A program made the translations under genes and the position numbers. The notes under the pieces were generated by a model, which did no database searches, was not told where the DNA came from, and saw nothing but the letters and a program-made list of their open reading frames with translations. Of a stretch of 64,000 nt of DNA, positions 42,901-54,199 are shown in pieces (the first letter of the stretch is position 1; every line of letters begins with the position of its first letter). The DNA is from Lama guanicoe. Lineage: Eukaryota. The DNA lies in NCBI GenBank assembly GCA_013239625.1, contig MU054338.1, forward strand, positions 1,366,001 through 1,430,000, written 5' to 3'.

Positions 42901-43920
42901 AAGAAAAACGGAATATGACACACCAAGAAAAAGGAGTGACCTCTGACACCTGCAACCACACGGATGAACCTCAGATATGTTTTGCTGGGCAAACTGCAGC
43001 CGGAATCAAAAAGCTACATGATGTTGATTCCACTGAGCTGACCTTCTGGAAAAGCCAAAACCTTAGGGATAGAGAGGAGATGAGTGGCCAGGAGGCTAGA
43101 AGCGAGTTGGCGCCAAAAGGTAGCGGACGGGATGGCGGGATTGCGCTGCAGCGGGAGTGGTGATCTGTCAAAACTCCTAGAACTGTGCGCTAGAAATGAA
43201 CCATCCCTCATGTCTACTAAGGATAAAGAGGTAATTACATTTTGAAAAACGCACTGGCCAGCCAATCGGTACATGGCGAGTGTAGTAACAGGGGCGGAGA
43301 GGCAGGCAGGTGGATCAGCTGGCGTTTTGAAGGTTCTCCCCACTTTCAGTTTCAGTCACCTGGGACGTCTCCCTGCCCTGCCCACTGCTCAGGCCGCCCG
43401 CCCGGACATCGGATCTGCCCAACCGGAAAAGCCAGAACCCAGGCTCAGCCGCGCCTCCGGGCGCAGGAAGAGCAAAAATAGAAACCGCCGGTGCGTGCGG
43501 CGGGCTGGAAACCCTCCGACTTCGGAGAACCGCGGAGAACCGGGGCCAGGAGCCAACAGTGGCTCCCGGGCGGTCCCAGCGTCCGACTCCGCCCCCGGCC
43601 GCGACGTTTCCAAAAACTGACACACACGGAGCGCGCGCCAGGGGCGGGGCGCGCGGGCTTCCCCGCCGGGTCCCCTGGAGGCCGGTCCCCCGCAAGCCAA
43701 GCGCGCGAAAGGGCGCCCCAAAGGCGCCCGCCCACGGCGCCTGCTGCGCTTTCCCTCCCGAGGGCACGCTGCCCGGCCCGAACGTGGGCCCTGGGACACG
43801 GACACGCGCAACACGCCGCCACCCCGGACGAGAGGCCAGGGCGCCCACCCCGAGCCCTGCATTTCTGGAATCATCGGGGGAGGCCTCTGTAAATTTCCGC
43901 CCAGCCTGTCATTATCCAAA

Positions 43921-44163
43921 GGCCACTCAAGATCAGAGGACAAACTGCCTCCTTTCCGAAGGTCCAGCCAGGCCACTGACTCAAATTAGGGGACAGAATG
44001 CCTCCTTTCCAAGGGTCCAGCCATCCCACCCATTCAAATTAGGGGACAGAATGCCTCCTTTCCAAGGGTCCTGCCAGCCCACCCACTCAAATTAGGGGAC
44101 AAAATGCCTCTTTTCCTAGGGTCCGGCCAGCCCTGCCACTCAAGATTAGACAGACAAAATGCC
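43921..44163. repeat. 53-bp minisatellite, about 4.5 copies, in intron 1
   Basis: tcaa(g)att anchor recurs at 43927, 43981, 44034, 44087 and 44140; unit approx. tcaaattaggggacagaatgcctcctttccaagggtccagccagcccacccac. Confidence 0.92.
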
Positions 44164-44602
44164 TAATTCAAAAAAACAAAACAAACAAAAAACTGGAGAG
44201 AGGAAAGAGGAAAGGGTGTTCTCAAAAATAAAAAAGCTGAGCACGTTGACAGCGCCAAGAATAAACTACCAGAAGAGAAAGCCTAAATGTCAAGTCGTCA
44301 AGTACGGAAAGGCACGCTCGCCGGCCGTCCAGGCCGGGGGACCGGAGTCCCCGGCCCGGCACAGGCTACGGCAGCGCGGCTTGGGCGCCCCTCGGAGGCG
44401 CGGGGTCCCCAAGGTGCGTCTGCGCCCCCGGCCGCCCGGGCTCCCCGCTGTCCACCCTGCGCGCGGGGCCTGGAAACGGCCGCGGGGACCCGGGCGGGGC
44501 GGGAAGGGGGTCCCAAGGAGGGTCTGGGGACTCTCGAGTTGTTCCTTTTTTCGGTGGGCCCAGCGCGCGCCGCGGGGGGCGGGCGGGGGTCCGGGGGAGG
44601 GG

Positions 44603-44728
44603 NNNNNNNNNNNNNNNNNNNNNNNNNNNNNNNNNNNNNNNNNNNNNNNNNNNNNNNNNNNNNNNNNNNNNNNNNNNNNNNNNNNNNNNNNNNNNNNNNN
44701 NNNNNNNNNNNNNNNNNNNNNNNNNNNN
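44603..44728. other. Assembly gap (126 N), inferred to contain the DOT1L start codon and coding exon 1
   Basis: Run of N in the most GC-rich part of the island; the N-terminal peptide MGEKLELRLKSP is not found elsewhere; 5'UTR-like sequence abuts it on the right. Confidence 0.9.
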
Positions 44729-44840
44729 CGGGCGGGAGGCTGAGGGGAGGGGGCCTGGCCTGGGCCTCAGCCGCCGCCGCCGCGCTCCCGTCCGGCCCCC
44801 GGCTCCCTCTTTGTGGTCACAGGCCCGGGGCCTCCAGCGT

Positions 44841-44854
44841 CGCCGCCATCTTGG
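44841..44854 (-). promoter_or_regulatory. YY1 consensus site CCAAGATGGCGGCG
   Basis: Exact match to the established CAAGATGGCGGC motif just inside the inferred 5'UTR. Confidence 0.7.
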
Positions 44855-45349
44855 GCCGGCGTGAGGCGAGCACAATGAGCCGGGGGCTGGGCTGAACCAC
44901 TCGCCGCGCGCGCGTGGGGGGGGCTGGGCGCGAGGAGGCGGCGCGCGCCCGCTGCCCCGCCCGCTGCTCCGCGCGCTCCCCCCCGCCGCCCCGCCCCGTG
45001 GGCTCGCCCGCCCGCACGCACGCTCGCACGCACGCACGCACGTCCTCGGCTGCCCTCGGCCGCCCCCACCCGCCCGAAGCGGGGACCCGGGGAGACCCCG
45101 CGGCGCCTGGGGTGGGGGGTTCGAGCCCCGGCCTTGGAGGAGTGGGACCGTCCCCTCCCGCATAGTAAGACTAATTCCCCATTAAGTGTGACAGCCAGAG
45201 TCCTGGCTTCTGCTCGCCAGAATGCTGTCGATTTAGCCTATCCTAGGCGCCAGACCCCGGGAAAAAGGAAAGGCCCTGCCCGCGTGGAGCTGCCACTTTA
45301 ATTGGAACAGGGGTGACAACGGTCAAGGGAGGAAATAAACCATCATCAG

Positions 45350-46471
45350 TGTCACGGGGCGGTCAACCTTATGTGTGCACTGCGCTGAGCCCCAGCAACC
45401 ACAAACGTTATTCCACGTATGGCCAGGAAAGTATTTTTCAAATGAGAATAACATTTAAATCAGTTCTCTTTGTATAAAGGAGATTGTTGTAATGTGGGTG
45501 GGCTTCGTTCAATCAGTTGAAGGCCTTAAGAAACAAAAATGAGATTCCCGAGAAAGGGGGAACTCTGCTTCCAAAGGCCTTGGGACTCCAGGTGCAACAT
45601 CCGCTCTTCCCTGTGTCTCCAGCCTGGAGTCCTGCCCCCCTACCATGAGTCAACCGAAAATAAAACTGTCTCTATACAACAAATGTGCAAGTACTGAACA
45701 TATGCACACCCATTTATATACGTGTATACATAGTGTATGTGTGCATGTGTGCATGTGTAGCACGTATTATGTGTGTGCACATATGTGCCTATATGTTTGT
45801 GTGTGTGTGGTGTATGTCTGACTACTACACGGTTATACACAATCTGTGTATTTGTATGTTTGTATCCCATATGCGTGTATGTGTACATATGCAGTACATA
45901 CTTAGTAAGTGTAAGCATAATGCACATATATGCACCTACTTACTTATATGTTTATGTACAGGTGTGTATATATTGTATGCCTGTATGTGTGTGTTGTACA
46001 GGTGTTATGTCTACATGCGTGTGTGTAGTATTTATGCACACCTGTATATTTAGATACACACATAAATACACACATTTATATGTAGGTGTGTGTGTATACA
46101 TTGTGTACGTGTGTATGTGTGTGTGCATATTGTATATATACACTGTATGTTTATAAATGCAGCACATTTATATTTATATATGGTATATATTTTATATGTA
46201 GGTGTATGTATGCATGCATGTGTGTATATACTTTGTATATCTTTGTGTGTGTATATGTATTGTATATATGTACATATGTGTGTATATTGTGTAGATTATA
46301 TATGTACGTGTATATATACTGTATACACACAAACTATATATGTATATGTGTGTACATATACTGTACATGTACACTCCTGTATATTTTTTATGTGTGCATA
46401 AATGGATGTATGTGTACACACATACACACATGTCCTGTGGATTCTGTTTGTCTGGAGAACCCTCACTAACA
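45350..46471 (+). mobile_element. MLT2-like (ERVL) LTR with an expanded internal microsatellite
   Basis: taatgtgggtgggc...caatcagttgaaggccttaa...gtctccagcctg, and 3' end ttctgtttgtctggagaaccctcactaacac. Confidence 0.75.
45672..46432. repeat. Degenerate (TA/TG/CA)n alternating purine-pyrimidine tract, about 760 bp
   Basis: Seen directly; it produces the spurious C/V/Y/I-rich ORFs. Confidence 0.95.
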
Positions 46472-47728
46472 CGGACACTTGGGACAGTTGAGCACCTGCT
46501 ATGTGCCAGCTAGGGAGCCAAACGCTTGTCCTTTCAGTGTCTTGCTTAAGTGTCACAACGTTCCGTCCCAGGAGGGTAAATGATGCAGTCTTCCCAGGTG
46601 AGGGGCCTCAGGGTCAGACAGGTGCACACGGGCGAGAGGTAGGGGGCTGGTAGGAGCCCAAGTGCAGTTCTAACGCAGTCCCACATCCCTGTGAGGGAGG
46701 GACCGGGTCTGAAAGAGGAGATGGGGTAGCTTCCATGGGTCTGAAGCCCTAGTCCAATGCTGTCTCCGCAAGGGTGTTGGAAGTCAGGGCTGTGGTTACC
46801 CTGGGGGTGGGGGTTACACAGAGATGTGCACTTTGTGAAAAAGTATTTACACTTTTTTGTATGTTTAACCCCCCGAAAGCTTTTAGAAACAGATTCCCCT
46901 GGTTGCTGTGAGAAGACATGGGGAAGTTGGGGCAGGGGACACAGGGCAGGAGGACTCAGAAGAGGGTAAGCACCCCTTCACAGGGCCAGACCTGTGAGGT
47001 CCTGGAGAGGAGGGTCTCTCTGCTCCTCCCTGGGCTGTGCTTGGCCCTGCCCCCCAGCCTGCGGAGCACAGAGCCACCCCCTCCACCTGCCGGGGACAGG
47101 GATGAGAGCCGGTCACTTGGGCTCAGGGCTCTGAGGCTCCCGCACCAGGAGTTATTTTGAGCTTTCATCCCATAGATACAGTGGGAGCTATTGTCTCAGG
47201 AAACTCTGTCTCTCTCCCTCCTTCCCTCCTTCCCTCCCCCACCTCGTCCCCTCCCCCTCAGTCTATCTGCTCCCCCCCATTTCTGTCTCAGCCCCTGACT
47301 CCCAGCCAACCAGAGTGTGGCAAGCAGAGAGCTGCTGCCCAGCCCACACCTCGCCATTTCACCTCGCCATTCGAGAAACAGCAAGCCAGGTCAGGTGTGA
47401 CCTTGGGCCCAGGCCATCAGCACAGGCTGCTCCGGGGGTGTGGGACGTTCTTCTTTAGACTCCTCCCTCCCTCCCTCCTGTGTCACTCTCTCTCTCTGCT
47501 CACTGCCTCCAGAACCTTCCTGGACTCCCCTGGGCACGGCTGGGCCCGGCCCATCACTGGAATTCCAATCCTGCCGTACAGGGCACACCCTTCCCCAGCA
47601 AGTGAAGAGCTAGGCCTGGTCGATAGGGGCCATAGTGGTCTTTGACCATCACTATTGCTGTTGTAGTTGTATTTGTGGTTAGACAAGGTGACCAACTGCT
47701 CCCCCTAGTTTGTCCAGGACTGTCCAGT

Positions 47729-47846
47729 GTTTTGTTATTGGGGAGGAGGTAATTAGGTTTATTTACTTATTTTAATGGAGGTGCTGGGGATTGAACCCAG
47801 GACCTCGTGCTAAGCACATGCTCTACCACTGCGCTATACCCTTCCC
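47729..47846 (-). mobile_element. tRNA-derived SINE (Vic-1-like)
   Basis: Reverse complement gggaagggtatagcgcagtggtagagcatgtgcttagcacgaggtcctgggttcaatccccagcacctccattaaaa...cctaattacctcc. Confidence 0.85.
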
Positions 47847-48261
47847 TGAGGACTGCTCAGGTTTTAGTGCTGGAGATCTGGGGAAACCCTCAGATCTGGG
47901 GAAGCCGGGAGGGCTGGTCAGCCTGTTTCGGACCTTTGGCTCGATCTCCCACCCACCTCCTAGAGCCAGAAAGGGCGTCCCCTCCCTCCTTCCCTCATCC
48001 GTCCACTCATCCCTTTACTCAGCTCTTCTATTCAGCAAGTATTTACGAAGCGCCAACTACATACGAAGCAGACACTTACAGGAGCTGGGAGCCTCCTGGG
48101 ACCCCATCCTCCCAGACCTCACAGTGCAGGCGGTGGAGCCGACGGAGGCAAGGGGCAGTCTTGGTGCAGGCGCCCACAGGAAAGGGCAGACCTCGCTCAG
48201 GGACAGGCTGCTTGCTCCAGTACAGCTGTTCTCGCCCGGGGCCATCCCGCCCACCGCCAGG

Positions 48262-48410
48262 ACTCTGATGATGTCTGGGGAAAATCTGTGGTTGTCATAA
48301 CTAGGGGGCAGGGGCTCTCGGAATCAAATAGGTGGGGCAAGAGATGCTAGTCAGCACCCCATAGGGCCAGGATGCCCCAGAGAGGATGATCTGCCCCAAT
48401 GTCTGCAGTG
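48262..48410 (+). mobile_element. MER20-like hAT DNA transposon fragment
   Basis: atgtctgggga...ggttgtcataactaggg...gatgctag...gatctgccccaatgtc. Confidence 0.6.
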
Positions 48411-48639
48411 GGGTAGGGGTGGGGGCTGCACTGATGTTATTCTGATCCACTGGTGCCCCCAGAATCCTGCACAGAGACTCTATCTGGGTCACCTCTGCAC
48501 CCTGAGATGACCTAGAGTGGGGCTGCCAGGAGGGCTGAGATGCACATTGGGGATGAAATTATGTGTGCCCGCCATCCCTGCCGCACCCTAGAGGGCTGGC
48601 CTCTATTACCTCCCGGTGCAGCCAGCTCTTCCCTGAGCC

Positions 48640-49000
48640 ATTTCTTCCTGTCACAAGCTGAGTTCCCCGGAGATGTCGTGGAGACTGAGGACTTGGGTGC
48701 AGGCTGTTGATTGGAGAGGTGCAGAGAACAGCTTGAGGTGGGGCGGTGAGGAGAGGAGGTGCGTTCTCGTGCCAGCTGCCCAGAGGGTGACTGGAGCTTC
48801 TCCATCAGAGAGGCTCTGGGAGACGTCGTGCACGCACACACACCTCGGGACTGGTGCATCCAAGGGTGAAGGAGCCGGGTGTGTATACACCAGCTCCATC
48901 ATGAGTTAGGAGTGGAGGGGTGGGAGGTGGGTGCAGGTAAGAGTTTCCAGGCATCTCTGGCTTGCCACCATCCCAGACAAGTGCTCAGGCAGGACACTCA
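48640..49000 (-). mobile_element. Probable LTR16-like ERVL LTR relic
   Basis: Reverse complement resembles the recalled LTR16 3' half (gagctccagtcaccc...gagaacgcacc...ctccaatcaacagcctgcacccaagtcctcagtctc). Confidence 0.45.
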
Positions 49001-49334
49001 GGTGCTGGCTATTGGAGTCTCAAAATGGTCATGTCGGGGAGAAAAGGTCAGGCACCAACAGCCTCAGATTCAGTCTTCACGCGACCTGCCTCATCCTCCC
49101 CCGCAGCTCTAAGTGCTGCCTGAGGCTGCAGACGCTCCGCCACCCTGTCCCCCACCCTGCCGTGACCTTGGTCTTCAGCTCCAGAGCAGGCCACCTGCTG
49201 ACCACCCACACCTTCCCGGGGCTGGCCAACCGTCCCTGGCTACTGACTGTAAGACCCATCCAGATAACAAAAATGTGACCATGAAAAGAAACAGGCACGC
49301 ACACATCAAGGAAGTACATTCTTACCTCTGTTAA

Positions 49335-51600
49335 CGCCAAGCTTGATTTCAGAAGAGCTTAGATTTACACACAAAAAAGTTGCAAAGGTCTGTACAGCGT
49401 GTACCGAGTGCCTTGTAGACCCTGTACGCAGTGCCCCTAATTTTAACATGTTCCGCTACTGTGATGCATTTGTCCCATCCGAGGAACCAATATGGATGCG
49501 TTAGTATTAACGGAAGTCCATACTTGATTAGAATTTCCCTGGTGTTTCCCTAGTATCCTCTTTCTATCCCAGTCTCCTCTGGTCTGTGACTGTTTCTCAG
49601 GCTTTCCTGGGTTTTGATACCTTGGAAGTTTTGAAGATGACTGGTCAGGCATTTTGTCCCCCAGTTTGTTTGTTTTCTGGTGTTTTTCTCATGACCCAAA
49701 CTGAGATAAAGTGCCATTCCCAACAGGTCACATCAAGGGTAGGCACCATCCGTGGTACTTATGACTGATGGTGTTACCCTGGGTCACCTGGCCAGTATCC
49801 TCTTTGTAACCTCAGGTGGACATTCTCCTTCCCCAAACAGCCAACATTAAAGAGACGGACAACGCGGAGTGCTGGCTCAGGTGGGAGCCATTGGTGCTCC
49901 CATACCTTGCTGGTGGGAGTGGAAATTGGAGCAGCCACTTTAGAAAGCTGTTCTCAGGATCCACATGAGCTGACATTACTACTCCAGGTCTCAGCAACTG
50001 CCCTCCAAGAGGTGTGCCCAAGAGAGTGAGTTATGTCTCCTCCCCTTGAAAAGACGTGCACTAGAGTGTCCAGGGCGGCTCTGTTCACAACAGCCAACAA
50101 CTGGAAGCGATTTAAATGTCCTTCCAGAAGACAATGGGTGAATGAACTGTGGTACCTTATCTGGCATTGCAAAGGAGGGGTCCACTGCTATGTACACCAG
50201 CATGGGTGAATCTCAAAGTGTAAAGGTTAGCTGAAGGCTGTCAAACACAACAAAGAGGACCTACTTCATAACTCCATTGACAAGAAGTTCAAAAACAGGA
50301 GAAACTGATAACAGTGTTAGCAGTCATACAGAGGTTGTCCCTGGGGGATATTGACTGAAAATGGGCATATGGACGTCCGGGAGGCTGGTTACTCCGAGCA
50401 AGATATGGATAGATTGATACATAGAAATTTATTAAATTGGTTATGGTAATCGATGTCCTTTCTGTATATAGGTTATACCATGAATAAAAATGAAAGAAAA
50501 GACAAGAATAAAAAACCAGGTCTGGGATGGGGGGAACGTAAAATGATGCAGCCACTGTGGAAAACAGTTTGGTGGTTCCTCAAAAAGTTAAACATAGAAT
50601 CATCATATGAGCCACTAATTCTACTCCTAGGGAAGTAGCCAAAAGAATCGAAAAGAAAGACTCAAACAGATATATATGTACACCTATGTTCATAGCAGCA
50701 CAATTCACAATATCCAAAAGGCAGAAACACCTCAAATTTCTACCAACAGGTGAGTGCAAAAACAAAATGTGGTCCCTCCTAGCAATGGAAAGTTATTCAG
50801 CCTTAGAAAGGAAAGAGGTTCTGACACAGCCACCACGTGAGTAAACCTCGGAGACGTGATGCTCCGTGAGAGGACCAGACACAGAAGGACAATCACTGTC
50901 TGATTCCACTCGGAGGAGAACCTAGAGGAGTCAAGTCTACAGAGCCAGGAAGTAGACGGTGGGGCCGGGGCTAGGGAGTCAGTGTTTCATGGTGACAAGT
51001 TTCAGTTTGGGAAGATGAGAAAGTTCTGGAGATGGTGGTGGGGATGGTGGCACAACAGTGTGAATGTGCTTAATGCCACTGAACTGTGCTCTTACACATG
51101 GTTAAGATAGTAAATTTCATGTTATGTGTATTTTATCAGAGTTAAAAGAAAACCAGTGGTAGCAAATACAATCAAAATCACCAGCTCTGCAGACACGGCT
51201 TGGCCCCAGCCAACTAAAACCCTCTAAGAGTCCTCCTGCCGCATTCCTGATGCCTCATTTGCTTTGTCCTAGGGTTGGTGAGATCATTCTTGGCAAGACT
51301 AGAAGCACGGATGCAACTGTGTCAGCAGGCAAGGAGAATGACAAATCTGTATGCCAAGTTTAAGGTCATCCACCAGATGTAACTTGGGAAAGATGTCCTC
51401 ATGCAGAAAGAGGTACCCAGCATTTTACAGGAAAAAAGGAAGGTGCTGAGTAGCATGTAGAACAAGCTCATAACTGTACACACACACATACACAATGTGC
51501 TCAAACACAAGAACACTCTTTCTGGCTCACAAGAAACACACCTCAGTGGTTGTACCTGAAAGGGAAGAGGAATAGAGTGTTGCTCCCAAATATTTGAGTC
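49335..51600. mobile_element. Cluster of L1M fragments (minus about 49335-49800; plus about 49840-51150 and beyond)
   Basis: L1 3' motifs such as cagccactgtggaaaacagtttggtggttcctcaaaaagttaaacatagaat. Confidence 0.75.
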
Positions 51601-51714
51601 TCTCCTGACAAGAGGTCTGTGCACATCCCTGTGCTTTGCCATGTGTGTTTACAGGGTCTCCTGCTAGAGTTCTCAAAATATACACCCCTACCCCACTGGC
51701 TGCAGGCTTAACGA

Positions 51715-52150
51715 TGTGTAGCAGTATCTACTGCTGCATAACAAACAACCCCAAAATTAGTGGCTTAAAATTACCACTACATAATACATTCCTTGTTCTG
51801 TAGGTCAGTAGTTTGGACTGGGCCCAGCTGGGCAGTTCCCCCGCTGGTCTTGCCAGGGGTCACTCACATATGTGTGCTCATTTAGCGGGTGGGTGACGGG
51901 CTCCTGCGGGACTAGCCCATGCTTTCTTCCCTAAGGAGGCTTGTTTTTAAGACAGGGTCTTCAACCTATCTGCCTCTTGTTTTTGTAAATAAACACACAT
52001 ACACACACACCCATCTGTTTACTCACCGTCTGTGACCACTTTTCTGCTGCAACAGCACAGCTGACCCGTTGTGACAGAGACCACCCAGTCTGCAAAGCCA
52101 GCAAGCAATATTTACTCCCTGGTTCTTTACAGGAAGGTCACCAGGTCCTG
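51715..52150. mobile_element. MLT1 (MaLR) LTR fragment followed by a MER58-like hAT fragment (about 51960-52150)
   Basis: ctgctgcataacaaacaaccccaaaattagtggcttaaa; tgtttttgtaaataaa...gtgacagagacc...aatatttactccctgg. Confidence 0.65.
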
Positions 52151-52854
52151 ACATAAGGCATCAGAACAGTTTCCTCTTGGAACCAGCTGCCAAGCCATGC
52201 CCACCAAGCTTGGGGCGGGCAGGTAGGGGTCCCTGGGGGGGCCTCCCAACGTCTCCAAATGCGGCGTGAACCTCACCAGCACGTGCTTGCTGGATCTGGC
52301 CCTGGAAGCTGCAGTTTGCTGAGCCCTAGTGATCACCAGGGCTCAAATCACAAGAAGCAGTGCGTGACTCACCTGTCTTCTTTAGCACCACACGGAATCC
52401 CCTCCACTTCAGCTCCCCAGCCTCACGCCTCCATCACACAAGCACTTTCTTCCAGTGGAAATTTGACCTTGTCAGCCTTTCAAGTGTGCTGACGTCCTTT
52501 GAGATACTCCCTGACAATGCCCACAAATGGAATTTTTTCCCTTGGCAAAGCCTTGCAGGCAGAGGATGACATACTGTTACCAGGTCTCAGTGAATTCCCC
52601 AAATTTCCCCTAGAAGGGCAACGATGGAGCTGCTGGCTCTTTGAGGCCCCTTGAAAGTTTCTGGAGGGAGGGCAACGGTTGCAGACAACAGAATACTCTC
52701 TTGCAGGCTCCTTTGGTGACAACGTCCAGCCCCCTGGCCCCTCTGGGGACTTCGGCAATTAAACCATCACTGGTTATTGAGCGACTTCGCATGCCTGGGG
52801 TGAATCACACACTGTCTGCACAATCTTGATCCTTCAAGTACCCCCACGAGAGAC

Positions 52855-53355
52855 ATTCTTTTCCCACCGTTACCATAACAAAGGACCACAAAGTTAGTGG
52901 CTTAAAACGATACAAGTTCATTATCATACAAGTATTGTTTCCCTGGAGAACTTTGGTTAGTACAATGGGCTAAAATCAAGGTGTCAGCAGGCTGCATTCC
53001 TTTCTGAAGGGTCTAGGGAAGGTTCCACTCCCTTCTCCTTTTCAGCCTCTGGAAGCTACCTGCTTTCCTTGGCTCGAGGTCCCTTCCCCCATCTTCCAGG
53101 CCAGCAGCATCAGGCTGAGTCCTTCTCAGATGCCCTCTCTCTGACCTCTTTCCACATTCAAAGGTCCTCGGGGCTACCAGGATAATCCAGAATAAACTCC
53201 CCTTTTAGGTTAAAGTCCCCAGTTGGCCTTCCCATTAGGTCAGCTAAATCACAACTTGAATTCCATCCATAACCTTAATTCCCTTTTAGCTAACATACAG
53301 CTTCCAAGGACTAGGATATGGACGTCTTTGGGGGACCACTGACCTGCCTACCGTA
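52855..53355 (-). mobile_element. MLT1 (MaLR) LTR
   Basis: ccataacaaaggaccacaaagttagtggcttaaaac...aatcaaggtgtcagcagg...ggatatggacgtctttggggg. Confidence 0.75.
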
Positions 53356-54199
53356 CTTTATACATATCCCATGTTGCAGATGGAAAAACGGAGGCTTGAT
53401 GGGTTCAGTGACTTCCTTGAGCCACAAGGGGCTGGCCAGTGGTTGGGCTGGGTTGGTCCAACTCCAGGGCCCAGGCAATTAACCAGCGCTGTGGCGGGCA
53501 GGACCCCCAAGTACCCATGGGCAAGAGGAAGGCAATGGAGGGCTGAATGCAAGGCTCCAAAAGTGGAAACTACGAAGCAAAGGGGGCAGAGCTGTTTTAA
53601 GGCACTCCCCCCGTAGCGTCCCCGGGGTCTGGGGCTGCCCTTCCTCGGGCCCCTAGTCCAGGCTGCCCGCTGCAGCTGCTCCTGGGCTCTTGAGCTTTCG
53701 GAGCAGCTTGGCGCTCTCCGTGGTACTGAAATTCCCCGTCAGCTTCTCTCTCGGGGCCAGAGGTTTGGATCGCTGAGGTTCTAGCTCCTGCTTTGTCTTG
53801 CTAACTACACCCCACACCTCTTTACTTCGAGGTCCTTACTTGGTCTCAAGCTGGGGGGGGGTCATCCTTGAGTTCTAGGGCAGTCCAAGAGCTTGGATCT
53901 TTCTTGGAACCTTTTCAAGATTTTTCACTTAAAGACTCCCAATGGGTGTGCAGTAGGGAGGTCTGTGATGGAAGGAAGCCCCCCCCCTTTACAGACACGT
54001 CTCTTAGGAATTATGTAAGGTCACGTGCCCAAGTTTTGGCCTCAAATTGTACCATTGGCTTGAGCATGCTGATTAAAAACCTGAGGGAAAATAAACAAAA
54101 ACAAAATGTATTCTGCTATTTTGACCTCACGGCAACCTCCAGAAGCCATCTGGTCAACCACACAGGATTCTTAAATCTCCAGACTTGCTTAAAAAGAAA

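Larger units (their letters stand above)
43380..45170. promoter_or_regulatory. CpG island covering the DOT1L promoter, 5'UTR and start of intron 1
   Basis: Very dense CpG, many GC boxes (ggggcggggc, ccccgcc), no TATA box seen. Confidence 0.92.

Noticed and set aside
43921..44163. Regularly spaced repeats that could be mistaken for a CRISPR array
   Set aside because: Units are contiguous with no unique spacers, the context is mammalian, and there are no cas genes; it is a minisatellite.
45640..46556. Cys/Val/Tyr/Ile-rich ORFs
   Set aside because: Translations of the dinucleotide repeat tract.
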